This document shows, piece after piece, positions 1-13,110 of a stretch of 64,000 nucleotides of DNA. How positions within the stretch are numbered: the stretch's first letter is position 1; the number at the start of each line of letters is the position of its first letter. A model generated the notes under the pieces. It saw nothing but the letters and a program-made list of their open reading frames with translations, ran no database searches and was not told where the DNA came from. The stretch comes from Macrostomum lignano. Lineage: Eukaryota. The position numbers were made by a program, and so were the translations under genes. The stretch spans positions 13,521 to 77,520 of the forward strand of contig NIVC01003344.1 in assembly GCA_002269645.1 (NCBI GenBank), in the 5' to 3' direction.

Positions 1-255
1 GTCACTCTGGAATCAGTCCTCAGTCACTCTGGAATCAGTCCTAAGTCACTCTGGAATCGGTCCTGAGTCACTCTGGAATCAGTCCTGAGTCACTCTGGAA
101 TCGGTCCTGAGTCACTCTGGAATCAGTCCTCAGTCACTCTGGAATCAGTCCTGAGTCACTCTGGAATCGGTCCTGAGTCACTCTGGAATCGGTCCTGAGT
201 CACTCTGGAATCGGTCCCGAGTCACTCTGGAATCTGTCCCGAGTCACTCTGGAAT
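1..255. repeat. 22-bp intronic minisatellite (GTCACTCTGGAATCAGTCCTGA)
   Basis: About 11 visible copies in a TRAF intron. Confidence 0.95.
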
Positions 256-315
256 GATTGTTTAGTCTCCCTCTACAAGCACTCCTAAGTCACTCAGGAA
301 TCCGCAACACCTTAC

Positions 316-1795
316 CATGAGCTCCTTGAGCACGCCGGTCCACTTGCAGCCGCGGCCGTAGAAGCTGCATTTGACGCCTAAATTGTCCGTCTCAACTTGG
401 AACGCTTTGTCCGCGTACACCTTGTCCTTGTCGATGGGCATCTGGTCCAGGGGACAGCGGGGCGCCACCCTGACAAGGGATAGGTAAGATTGTGAGGCTG
501 TGTGATATAATGGGTTGATTAAGCCATCCACTGCTTGTTGAGTCAGATACGAGTACTATCTACTCACTACTGAGCCGCTAACTACTCACTACAGAGCCAT
601 CTACTCACTACTGAGCCGCTAACTACTCACTACAGAGCCATCTACTCACTACTGAGCCGCTATCTACTCACTACTGAGCCGCTATCTACTCACTACTGAG
701 CCGCTATCTACTCACTACAGAGCCATCTACTCACTACAGAGCCATCTACTCACTACAGAGCCGCTATCTACTTACTACTGAGCCGCTATCTACTCACTAC
801 TGAGCCGCTATCTACTTACTACTGAGCCGCTATCTACTCACTACTGAGCCGCTATCTACTCACTACTGAGCCGCTATCTACTCACTACAGAGCCATCTAC
901 TCACTACAGAGCCATCTACTCACTACAGAGCCGCTATCTACTCGCTACTGAGCCGCTATCTACTCGCTACTGAGCCGCTATCTACTCACTACAGAGCCGC
1001 TATCTACTCGCTACTGAGCCGCTATCTACTCACTACTGAGCCGCTATCTACTCACTACAGAGCCGCTATCTACTCACTACAGAGCCGCTATCTACTCGCT
1101 ACTGAGCCGCTATCTACTCACTACAGAGCCGCTATCTACTCACTACTGAGCCGCTATCTACTTACTAAAATGAGCCACTATCAACAAACAACCAAATCTA
1201 CTTCTTAGAGACAGATATTTTTACCGTCAACAAACTGTCTTAAGACAAATAACAAGACAATGCACTCTCGGTCCTTAGCAACCGGGTAGAATTACCTGAG
1301 CAATTCGGGCAGACAGGAGCTGCAGCACCGGTGTCCACATTCGTCAAACTGCACCGGGTAGCGGAGCACCTGGCTGCAGACTGGGCATTCGTATTTCTTA
1401 TTCAGCTCCTCTAGGAACACAACTTCGATCTCCTCTGTCATGCCGCCGATGGAGCCGCCGCCTCCGCTGCTGCTAGTTTTCGAATGACCACTGCTCGGCC
1501 GCACCGGCTGCAGGGTGCTCACTGATGAGGCGCGCTTTGCCAAGGTTGTCGGCTCCGCAACTGTCTCGACTGGGACAGGCTGCTGCTTCTGCTGCCTGGC
1601 AACACTTGAGGCGGCAGCAGAAACCGGCGGGACGCTGGCAATGCTGCCTCGCTTACCGCTGTTAGCATTGGAGCCTTTAGCCGGGTTGCCGCTAGCGTTA
1701 GTTTTGTTGCTAACGCCACTGGCGGCGGACTGCGGCACCGCCTTCTTGACAGACGGCGCTGCTGGCTTCTGGGTTGCAGCCGCTGGTTCGGGCAT
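316..1795 (-). CDS. TRAF-family RING-finger protein, 5' part (exons 1795-1296 and 469-316; continues off the left edge)
   Basis: Spliced translation gives ...EELNKKYECPVCSQVLRYPVQFDECGHRCCSSCLPELLR|VAPRCPLDQMPIDKDKVYADKAFQVETDNLGVKCSFYGRGCKWTGVLKELM, a C3HC4 RING followed by the start of a TRAF zinc finger. GT-AG junctions are phase-consistent (GTAAT at 1295, cag at 472-470, GTAAG at 315). The paralogue cannot be assigned. Confidence 0.85.
556..1170. repeat. 19-22-bp intronic minisatellite (CTATCTACTCACTACTGAGCCG)
   Basis: Tandem copies fill the TRAF intron 470-1295. Confidence 0.95.
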
Positions 1796-2877
1796 TTCTG
1801 GCTCTGGTCAGCTCCGGCTCCGGCCTTCCCGGGTGCGTTGAGAAACAAAATAAATCCACTAGAAAACTGCCCACCACCCCAACCTCCTCTTCTCTTTCTG
1901 CTTTGCCGTTGCTAGGGGCGAGGCCAAATACACACGGCCAGGGTCTGCGCTCTTCTGTCTATCCCTCTGCCAGGCCAACCCATCTGTTGTGTAGCGATTT
2001 TTCCTCATTATCTCCAGCTTCCCTCATGCAGCCCTCAGTTGCTTCCAGAAACTTCCACCCCCTCCCTCCTACAAACTCAGCAATCATATTATTAATTCCC
2101 AACTTCATGGAGATACAGCAGTTGTCTCTTGTATATCCCAATCGCGTTGCGCTCCAACTAAATGCGTACAATTCAATACCTCTTATTGACAGCAAAGTCA
2201 GGAATATTCACTTCCTAATATAGTCTCAGTTGAAGCAAAACATTTCCTTTTGAAATATTTGATCCTCAATAGGTGCAACTAATCAATAATTCATCTGTAC
2301 ATCTAATCATCTATGCAATCATTCATCTGTACATCTAATCATCTCCGCAATCATCCACTCGTCCGTTGAATCATTTTTTCAATCATTCATGGGTATATCT
2401 ACTCTTTTTCACCCAGTTAGGGAAGCAGCAAATAAGGGGATAAAACAGTTTTTTACATCTAGCGCCAAGGCATGATTGCAATTATTGCCGGTCACGCTTA
2501 TGCCCGGGGAAAACTTACTCAAACAGACTCAAACTACGGCATGCTAGAGTGGTTGTGAACCGGATTGCCATTCTAGCTGCTTCGTATTGTGTGTTGTTTT
2601 CCAACCATGCCAGTACTAGAATCTTATTAAAATATTTTAGTACAATGGAAAAGTCAATCCATCTGCAACGCCAAGGACCAGAATGCCAAGGACCTCTGCA
2701 TACTGGTGGACTGGAAACATGGCTGAATCTACCCAAAACCCTTCTAGTTGCGAGTTCACGTTTGTGACAAAGTGGATCAACAAACTATTATCTTTGGACT
2801 GTACCCTTTCAAAGGCGTTCTAACGAGTTTAAAATTTGAACATTTTCTAACACTTTCTCGAAAATGTTTACGTTAGT

Positions 2878-4575
2878 AATAATCTCAATCCTGATTCCCA
2901 TAATCCCTGTCCCGATTCCATAATCCCAATCCCGATTCCCATAATCCCAATCCCGATTCCCATAATCCCAATCCCGATTCCCATAATCCCAATCCCGATT
3001 CCCACTATCCCAATCCCGATTCCCACTATCCCAATCCTGATTCCCACTATCCCAATCCCGATTCCCATAATCCCAATCCCGATTCCCACTATCCCAATCC
3101 CGATTCCCATAATCCCAATCCCGATTCCCACTATCCCAATCCCGATTCCCATAATCCCAATCCCGATTCCCACTATCCCAATCCCGATTCCCATAATCCC
3201 AATCCCGATTCCCACTATCCCAATCCCGATTCCCATAATCCCAATCCCGATTCCCACTATCCCAATCCCGATTCCCATAATCCCAATCCCGATTCCCACT
3301 ATCCCAATCCCGATTCCCATAATCCCAATCCCGATTCCCATAATCCCAATCCCGATTCCCATAATCCCAATCCCGATTCCCATAATCCCAATCCCGACTC
3401 CCATAATCCCAATCCCGATTCCCATAACCCCAATCCCGATTCCCATAATCCCAATCCCGATTCCCATAATCCCAATCCCGATTCCCATAATCCCAATCCC
3501 GATTCCCACTATCCCAGTCCCGATTCCCATAATCCCAATCCCGATTCCCACTATCCCAATCCCGATTCCCACTATCCCAATCCCGATTCCCATAATCCCA
3601 ATCCCGATTCCCACTATCCCAATCCCGATTCCCACTATCCCAATCCCGATTCCCATAATCCCAATCCCGATTCCCACTATCCCAATCCCGATTCCCATAA
3701 TCCCAATCCCGATTCCCATAATCCCAATCCCGATTCTCATAATCCCAATCCCGGTTCCCATAATCCCAATCCCGATTCCCATAATCCCAATCCCGATTCC
3801 CATAATCCCAATCCCGATTCCCATAATCCCAATCCCGATTCCCATAATCCCAATCCCGATTCCCATAATCCCAATCCCGATTCCCATAATCCCAATCCCG
3901 ATTCCCATAATCCCAATCCCGATTCCCATAATCCCAATCCCGATTCCCATAATCCCAATCCCGATTCCCATAATCCCAATCCCGATTCCCATAATCCCAA
4001 TCCCGATTCCCACTATCCCAATCCCGATTCCCACTATCCCAATCCTGATTCCCACTATCCCAATCCCGATTCCCATAATCCCAATCCCGATTCCCACTAT
4101 CCCAATCCCGATTCCCATAATCCCAATCCCGATTCCCATAATCCCAATCCCGATTCCCACTATCCCAATCCCGATTCTCATAATCCCAATCCCGGTTCCC
4201 ATAATCCCAATCCCGATTCCCACTATCCCAATCCCGATTCTCATAATCCCAATCCCGATTCCCATAATCCCAATCCCGATTCCCATAATCCCAATCCCGA
4301 TTCCCATAATCCCAATCCCGATTCCCATAATCCCAATCCCGATTCCCATAATCCCAATCCCGATTCCCATAATCCCAATCCCGATTCCCATAATCCCAAT
4401 CCCGATTCCCATAATCCCAATCCCGATTCCCATAATCCCAATCCCGATTCCCACTATCCCAATCCCGATTCCCATAATCCTAATCTCGATTCCCACTATC
4501 CCAATCCCGATTCTCATAATCCCAATCCCGGTTCCCATAATCCCAATCCTGGTTCCCATAATCCCAATCCCACTA
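2878..4575 (-). repeat. 21-bp minisatellite (CCCATAATCCCAATCCCGATT)n, G-rich on the minus strand
   Basis: About 80 near-perfect copies; source of the (MGIGIGI)n ORF. Confidence 0.97.
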
Positions 4576-5271
4576 ATCGCCTACTCCCTACCCCTGTCCA
4601 GGTATCGCAGAGGTCCATGGCTCACAGGAGCAGCCTCCATACCGGATGGGCCACAGCCCCACCAGAGGCAGTAAAAATGACCACCCACCCCATCCGCAAT
4701 TCAATTTCGTTAGTCGCCCCGCAGACTGCACACGCAGTCGCTCAGCCTGGCAACCCGCCGCCCTCACACTGGATGCCCGCCACCCCAGTCAACTCGTATT
4801 CATAATGAATAATTCATAACTCTTTAACAGCGGGAAACTCTAGTGAGGAAGCTGACAGTTTTAACAGAGAAGATGAAGCAGAGCGGAGCCTCGCTACGCA
4901 GAATCTTCCTGTTGTTGCTTCTCAAGCCGCAAATAATTGTAAGATCTGTTTGCTGAAAATCTCTTTAAATAGAATCGTTTGCCTTTGCCATACAGGCTTT
5001 GAAATTAAAGTGCACAACAGAAGTGCATGTAAACAGACAGAATGTGCTTATAATCGAGTCGCAGCGTTAACTGCCGAAATTATGAAGTGTGATTGACTAA
5101 AGAAATTTGAGTGGATACTGAATTGCTGTTTGTACAGCCTAAGGTTGCTGTTTGCAGAAAAAGTGGGCTGCTGAACTACTCATGACGGAAATTTGCGCAG
5201 AATCGGTTGAAAATAATTTCTGTCACAGCGCTGAAAGCAAAGTTGGAAAGTTGGATCGGCTTTTAGGGGAA

Positions 5272-5455
5272 CTGGGGATGGCTTCCGAGGCGGAACTAGG
5301 GATGGCTTCTGAGAGGGAACTTGGGATGGTTCCGAGGCGGAACTAGGGATGGCTTCCGAGAGGGAACTTGGGATGGCTTCCGAGGGCTTCCGAGAGGGAA
5401 CCAGGGATGGCTTCCGAGGGGGGACTGGGGATGTCTTCCGAGAGGGAAACGGGAT
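5272..5455. repeat. ~24-bp minisatellite (GGGATGGCTTCCGAGAGGGAACTT)
   Basis: About 7 degenerate copies between the two inverted arrays. Confidence 0.8.
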
Positions 5456-5796
5456 GGGTTCAGAATGGGAACTGGTTTCCAGAAAAACTGGAACAGAGGT
5501 TTTTGGCTTTTACGGAAACTTTTACAGGGTTCAAAACGGGGAACTAAGAAAATTTAAGCAACGCTTTGAAGCGGAAGCAAAAATGTAGATATCGACTTTT
5601 ATTATGAGCTGAAACTTGTCAAAAGTAAGAGTCAAAATAAGTTCAATAACGCAATTTATTTGTTTAATTTATAAATCCATCGTATTATCCTATGAAAATC
5701 ACATCATTGTCTTGAAACAAAAATATTTTTCTTATTGCAATCTTAATACAATTAATAGAGGCTAACCAAGTTGAATTTAATTCATACAATAAACTG

Positions 5797-6960
5797 ATTG
5801 GGATTATGGGAATCGGGATTGAGATTATGGGAATCGGGATTGAGATTATGGGAATCGGGATTGAGATTATGGGAATCGGAATTGAGATTATGGGAATCGG
5901 GATTGAGATTATGGGAATCGGGATTGAGATTATGGGAATCGGGATTGGGATTATGGGAATCGGGATTGGGATTATGGGAATTAGGATTGAGATTATGGGA
6001 ATCAGGATTGAGATTATGGGAATCAGGATTGAGATTATGGTAATCAGGATTGGGATAGTGAGAATAAGGATTGGGATCATGGGAATCAGGATTGAGATAG
6101 TGAGAATAAGGATTGGGATCATGGGAATCAGGATTGAGATAGTGAGAAAAAGGATTGGAAATCAGGATTGAGATAGTGAGAATAAGGATTGGGAATCAGG
6201 ATTGAGATAGTGAGAATAAGGATTGGGATCATGGGAATCAGGATTGGGATTATGGGAATCGGGATTGGGATAGTGAGAATAAGGATTGGGATTATGGGAA
6301 TCAGGATTGAGATAGTGAGAATAAGGATTGGGAATCAGGATTGAGATAGTGAGAATAAGGATTGGGAATCAGGATTGAGATAGTGAGAATAAGGATTGGG
6401 ATCATGGGAATCGGGATTGGGATAGTGAGAATAAGGATTGGGATCATGGGAATCGGGATTGGGATTATGGGAATCGGGATTGGGATAGTGAGAATAAGGA
6501 TTGGGAATCAGGATTGAGATAGTGAGAATAAGGATTGGGATAGTGAGAATAAGGATTGGGATCATGGGAATCGGGATTGGGATTATGGGAATCGGGATTG
6601 GGATAGTGAGAATAAGGATTGGGAATCAGGATTGAGATAGTGAGAATAAGGATTGGGATCATGGGAATCAGGATTGAGATAGTGAGAATAAGGATTGGGA
6701 ATCAGGATTGAGATAGTGAGAATAAGGATTGGGAATCAGGATTGAGATAGTGAGAATAAGGATTGGGAATCAGGATTGAGATAGTGAGAATAAGGATTGG
6801 GATCATGGGAATCAGGATTGAGATAGTGAGAATAAGGATTGGGATTATGGGAATCGGGATTGGGATAGTGAGAATAAGGATTGGGATCATGGGAATCGGG
6901 ATTGGGATAATGGGAATCGGAATGATGATTATGAGCAATCTTGATTGGAATTATGGGAAT
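5797..6960 (+). repeat. 21-bp minisatellite (GGGATTGGGATTATGGGAATC)n, reverse complement of the 2878-4575 array
   Basis: Same unit in opposite orientation, with diverged variants (GATAGTGAGAATAAGGATT). Confidence 0.95.
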
Positions 6961-7036
6961 TGACAGTGTCGAGAGCATGCCACACAACTTGTATCTTACG
7001 CAACAAAGCGTAAAACCGGGATGACGTCACGAAGAA

Positions 7037-8776
7037 TCAGTGAGCATTCAACCGCAAGTCTGGCTCTGAGCAGCCCCACTTTTTCACCTCGACGGGCTGC
7101 AAAGGTATGCCGTCATCATTCTGTTGGGTGAGCTGTCTGTTGACGCTGGCCATCAGCTCATTCAGCATCACGGGTCGGTGAGCTTCCATTTGAGCCTCGG
7201 CGTACTGACACAGATAGTGAATAAAGAATGAGCCCAGATCACCACTGCGCATGGCTTTATAAGAAGGCAGGGTGGCATAGCACTGGTACACCTCAGTGTA
7301 GCTTCTGTTCATCTGCAAATGCCCAGCTGGAGTTCCCGGCTGCGACTGCTCCTGCGACGGTCCGTCAGTGTAGAAGTTCACAAATTCACCGCGACAGAAT
7401 TGAAACACGAACAGCTTCGGTTGGCGACTGAACATTGGCTGCGAGCACGTCAGGTTCACTAGATCCGTGATGCAGTGCAGAGTCTGGTTATCTGCCGTCA
7501 GCACATCGTGCGCATCTTTCCCGTGGCCCATCACGAACATGACGAAGCTGGTGTACGCACCAGCGCCAAACTCGTCAAAGCATTCGTCACGAAAGTCGAT
7601 GCACTTCTCGCGAGTCATTAGCAGGTCGGGCTCGTCAGTAGTATTGGGACTGCGTAAAATCTGATAGCCGAGCTTCTTGAACACCCGAGATATGTTCTCC
7701 ACGTCACATGCGCTGCCTTGGCGCCTGTGGAATTGTGTAGGCGCATCGGCTTGCTCGTAGCGGTCAATGTTGAGTATGCAGCATAGGCCAACAGGCCTAG
7801 CAGCTGGACTTGGCGCCGGATGTACTGGCCTTAATTCAGCTGATGGCGGCTCGGCATAGTCTGTAATTAAAAATCGGAAAGTAAATAAAAATGAATTTTA
7901 ACAAATTTAAATATTTAGTTTTATGTACGCGAATGTGCATTGCGAAAAGAGAGGTTATTATTCGATTTTAAGCATCAAGACTTAAAAATGACGACAGGTT
8001 GCTATTTATAGTATCAACATTTCAAAAATGACGTCAGGTTGCTATTTATAGTAACAACATTTCAAAATGACGTCCGGTTGCTATTTATAGTATCAACATT
8101 TCAAAAATGACGTCAGGTTGCTATTTATAGTAACAACATTTCAAAATGACGTCCGGTTGCTATTTATAGTATTAACATTTCAAAATGACGTCAGGTTGCT
8201 ATTTATAGTATCAACATTTCAAAAATGACGTCAGGTTGCTATTTATAGTAACAACATTTCAAAATGACGTCCGGTTGCTATTTATAGTATCAACATTTCA
8301 AAATGACGTCAGGTTGCTATTTATAGTATCAACATTTCATAACGAGAAAGTGACAAAGCTTCACAATGACGTCATCAGGTACCTATGACGAAATATGTTT
8401 CGAAATATGTTTACGTGAGTCACTTAGCCAATGCTTACTAACAACATGTTTAAGCAACGACAGCATACCAGTTTGAAGGACGCGACGTACGAATTCGACA
8501 ACCGTCTGGTGCGGCGACTCCCGGTAGTGGATGGATAACAGAAGAAGCATGGCTGAGGAACAGGGGTAGGCTTGCACAAGATCGGTATTCCGTCTGGTCC
8601 ACCAGGGTTGCATAGCCAGACTGCGCCGAAGCCGCCGGCAGCAGACGGTTTCGTCGTAGGGGGCCAGCGCCTTGTACAGGTCCAGATGGCGCCGCAGCGG
8701 GCGGGGAGGCGCTACCTCTGTTGAGCTGCAAAAATAAAGTGTCAAAACTTATTCTAAAAAGTTTAACGCCAGGGAT

Positions 8777-8815
<39 letters not shown>

Positions 8816-8834
8816 GTCAGGCAGACAGTAAGGC

Positions 8835-8867
<33 letters not shown>

Positions 8868-8886
8868 GTCAGGCAGACAGTAAGGC

Positions 8887-8947
<61 letters not shown>

Positions 8948-9010
8948 CTAAACCGGACAGACAGACAGACAGACACTAAACCAGACAGACACTAAACCAG
9001 ACAGACACTA

Positions 9011-9067
<57 letters not shown>

Positions 9068-9194
9068 GTCAGGCAGACAGTAAGGCAGACAGACAGAAGG
9101 ACAGACAGACAGACAGACAGACAGTCAGGCAGACAGTAAGGCAGACAGACAGACAGACAGACAGACAGACAGTCAGTCAGGCAGACAGTAAGGC

Positions 9195-9235
<41 letters not shown>

Positions 9236-9326
9236 CTAAACCGGACAGACAGACAGACAGACACTAAACCGGACAGACAGACAGACAGACACTAAACCAG
9301 ACAGACACTAAACCAGACAGACACTA

Positions 9327-9379
<53 letters not shown>

Positions 9380-9398
9380 GTCAGGCAGACAGTAAGGC

Positions 9399-9479
<81 letters not shown>

Positions 9480-9498
9480 GTCAGGCAGACAGTAAGGC

Positions 9499-9587
<89 letters not shown>

Positions 9588-9947
9588 CATCATTCACCAT
9601 TCAGCGGAGCAATCGGCCTGGCGCAGCAGGGCGGCTGGAAACTCGGCGCCCAGCGCCTGCAGCACTTCGGCCAGGAGCCTGACAGCTTTGCTTCCGTCCG
9701 CGCCACCGTCCAGCTGTTCAATGAGAATCCGGCGCAGTTCGGGCCAGCCGTTGGCGACCAACCGACGCCAGAAGTCGAACCGGCGAGGCAACTGCGGGCA
9801 GCTGCCGGCAAGAAGGAAGGCGGCATCTTCAATGCTGCCAAGAAGAGCGGAGCTGCAGAACAGCTGGTTGAGGCATGGCGAGTCCAGCAGGCTGCGCGCC
9901 TCCGGCTGGGCCACCGGCACCGAGTCCGCAAAGGGTGCCTGGTTCAT
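7037..9947 (-). CDS. Caspase with long, putatively death-fold prodomain (exons 9947-9598, 8725-8439, 7860-7037; ~486 aa)
   Basis: The last exon encodes RPVGLCCILNIDRY...RRQGSACDVENISRVFKKLGY...VMGHG...KLFVFQFCRG...AMRSGDLGSFFI, a peptidase C14 fold with a His-Cys dyad. Upstream exons join with consistent phases (TG|GTGAAT to cag|C; A|GTAAGC to cag|AC). The start ATG at 9947 is inferred; a further upstream exon is possible. Confidence 0.85.
7985..8339. repeat. 39-40-bp intronic minisatellite (AAAATGACGTCAGGTTGCTATTTATAGTATCAACATTTC)
   Basis: 9 copies in caspase intron 2. Confidence 0.95.
8776..9588. repeat. (GACA)n compound microsatellite
   Basis: Fills caspase intron 1. Confidence 0.97.
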
Positions 9948-10029
9948 TCCGCGGCTCCGAGCTGCAGCTGCTGCAAGATATGCACTCGGGCTTGTGACTT
10001 CGGGAGAGGATCTGGGGAACGCTGTGGCC

Positions 10030-11035
10030 CAGCAACTGACACTCTGGGAGGCTAGCCCAGCAACTGAGGATCTGGGAGGCTGGCCCAGCAACTGGGGATT
10101 TGGGAGGCTGACCCAGCAACTGAGGATCTGGGAGGCTGGCCCAGCAACTGAGGATCTGGGAGGCTGACCCAGCAACTGAGGATCTGGGAGGCTGACCCAG
10201 CAACTGAGGATCTGGGAGGCTGGCCCAGCAACCGAGGATCTGGGAGGCTGACCCAGCAACTGACACTCTGGGAGGCTGGCCCAGCAACTGGGGATCTGGG
10301 AGGCTGACCCAGCAACTGACACTCTGGGAGGCTGGCCCAGCAACTGGGGATCTGGGAGGCTGACCCAGCAACTGACACTCTGGGAGGCTGGCTAGCAACT
10401 GAGGATCTGGGAGGCTGGCCCAGCAACTGGGGATCTGGGAGGCTGACCCAGCAACTGACACTCTGGGAGGCTGGCTAGCAACTGAGGATCTGGGAGGCTG
10501 GCCCAGCAACTGACACTCTGGGAGGCTGGCTAGCAACTGAGGATCTGGGAGGCTGGCCCAGCAACTGACACTCTGGGAGGCTGGCTAGCAACTGAGGATC
10601 TGGGAGGCTGACCCAGCAACTGACACTCTGGGAGGCTGGCCCAGCAACTGAGGATCTGGGAGGCTGGCCCAGCAACTGAGGATCTAGGAGGCTGGCTAGC
10701 AACTGAGGATCTGGGAGGCTGGCCGAGAAACTGAGGATCTGGGATTCTGGCCGAGAAACTGAGGATCTGGGGGCTGGCCCAGCACTTGAGGACCTGGGAG
10801 GCTGGCCCAGCAACTGAGGATCTGGGAGGCTGGCCCAGCAACTGAGGATCTGGGAGGCTGGCTAGCAACTGAGGATCTGGGAGGCTGGCCCAGCAACTGA
10901 GGATCTGGGAGGCTGGCTAGCAACTGAGGATCTGGGAGGCTGGCCCAGAAACTGAGGATCTGGGATTCTGGCCGAGAAACTGAGGATCTGGGGGTTGGCC
11001 CAGCAACTGAGGACCTGGGAGGCTGGCCCAGTAAC
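10030..11035. repeat. 28-bp minisatellite (GGAGGCTGGCCCAGCAACTGAGGATCTG)
   Basis: About 35 copies immediately upstream of the first caspase coding exon. Confidence 0.95.
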
Positions 11036-11437
11036 CGAGGATCTGAGTCGCGTTAAAGAGCAATTGATGAGACAGAAGATAATGACAGGCCATCCGTACT
11101 AACAATTACAAATGTCTGCTTTTTGTCAGTAAGAACTAAGTCAGGAAGTCATACAAGATTTTCGGCCATTTCTGCTCGTAAGCGGACTGCGTATGCACAC
11201 GTTAAACAGTGTATTTTGCTCAGAAAATATATAAAGGCTGGCATCCCTGGGTGCCGCTCTTGCAAATAATAGCTCATAATCCTCAGTAAAACTGATTACA
11301 AGTACTTTACTGTGCGACATCTTGTGTGAGTCCACTGATTGGGACTTGACCCCGGCACCTGCGTATCATAGGCTGTAAATGTACCTTTATTAGACTGGGC
11401 CGCGTGACACCGAAGGCAGACATGCGCACGGACAGAA

Positions 11438-11439
<2 letters not shown>

Positions 11440-11490
<51 letters not shown>

Positions 11491-11711
11491 CACAGACAGA
11501 CAGACAGACACACACACAGACAGACAGCAGACAGACAGACAGACAGACAGACAGACACACAGACAGACAGACAGACACACACAGACAGACAGCAGACAGA
11601 CAGACAGACAGACAGACACCCACTAAGAAAGACAGACACTAAGACAGACAGACACTAAAACAGACAGGCAGGCAGGCAGACAGACAGACAGACAGACAGA
11701 CACACAGACAC

Positions 11712-11770
<59 letters not shown>

Positions 11771-11773
11771 CTA

Positions 11774-11846
<73 letters not shown>

Positions 11847-11880
11847 CACAGACAGACAGACAGCCAGGCAGACAGGCAGG
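11440..11880. repeat. (GACA)n microsatellite
   Basis: Direct inspection. Confidence 0.95.
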
Positions 11881-12779
11881 CAACACAAACAAGACAGGAA
11901 AAGCATGATGCAGCAAGGAGCTGGCAATGCAAGCAGAAGCAAACAAAATAAAGTACAAATGTCCCGAAACTGACAGCAGCGAGTATGAAATGAAGAGTGC
12001 AATTTAGTTGGCAGTTAGGCGGGGCTAAAACACTGAATTTAATAAGTAGCAGAAAAAATAATATTCACAAGTAAAAACATACGTCAGCATATGCGGATAC
12101 GCAGTTACGGCCGGTGAACAGGTGCCAGACATGCCATATCTACAGTACAACAACATATTTCTATGTAATCCGTCATTGGAGACCGATATATACTTTAGTG
12201 AATGTTTATAGAAAAGCAAAAAATAGCTAGCATAGGCTCGGCAGACTAGTATGAGTAGTATTCGCGGAACACCAAACCAGCTAGCGGTGGAAAGTAAAAA
12301 TAATCTCAATTAGGTGCTCAATACGTATTGCTCAGAGAGCAGCTCAAACGCGACTGTGCTACTCGAGCAGGTAAGTAGTATAAGTTGAGTTACAATGCCT
12401 TAATCTTTTAGGCATTAAAAAAGGAAAGAACAAAACACGTTTTGATTTTAAATACAGCAAAGGAAAGCAAAACACAGTTCTGAATAAATATTTAAAGCAA
12501 ATATGGCTGCATGAGGAATTGTTAAACTGCCTCTTGCTAGCTCACAGTACTCATTGTGGATATAGACAAATAATATTAAGATCTTCTGCAATTTAAAGAA
12601 GCAAGACGTCAAGCAGAGCAAAACAGACAGACATCAAACAGGCATATCCCAAACAAACATTATTATCTAGTAATCCCTTTTATTACGGCTATAGAGATGC
12701 GTGTTTTATATATTCACAACTAGGATTTCTCCATCATCATTTTTCTTCTTAATCCCCTGCTGATACAGCCCTAATCCAA

Positions 12780-13110
12780 TCTTTTCCGCCCTCTACCTCT
12801 TCTCTTCCGCCCTCTCCCTCCTCTCTTCTGCCCTCTCCCTCCTCTCTTCCGCCTTCTCCCTCCTCTCTTCCGCCCTCTCCCTACTCTCTTCCGCCCTCTC
12901 CCTCCTCTCTTCCGCCCTCTCCCTCCTCTCTTCCGCCTTCTCCCTCCTCTCTTCCGCCCTCTCCCTCCTCTCTTCCGCCCTCTCCCTCCTCTTTTCCGCC
13001 CTCTCCCTCCTCTCTTCCGCCCTCTCCCTCTTCTCTTCTGCCCTCTCCCTACTCTCTTCCGCCCTCTACCTCTTCTCTTCCGCCCTCTCCCTCCTCTCTT
13101 CCGCCCCTCC
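12780..13110. repeat. 21-bp pyrimidine-rich minisatellite (CCGCCCTCTCCCTCCTCTCTT)
   Basis: About 15 copies downstream of the BTBD10 stop; source of the RGRKRGG ORF. Confidence 0.93.

Noticed and set aside
2868-4559. 563-aa (MGIGIGI)n ORF and similar ORFs at 5685-6987
   Set aside because: Translation of a stop-free 21-bp minisatellite; no unique sequence or domain.
9594-11105. Long overlapping ORFs (LLGQPPRSSVAG...)
   Set aside because: They come from the 28-bp array; only 9970-9598 is non-repetitive and is assigned to the caspase.
11140-11400. Possible additional first exon of the caspase
   Set aside because: An acceptor/donor pair exists (~11372-11311), but the phases do not match the phase-1 acceptor at 9970 and nothing is recognisable; at most a UTR exon.
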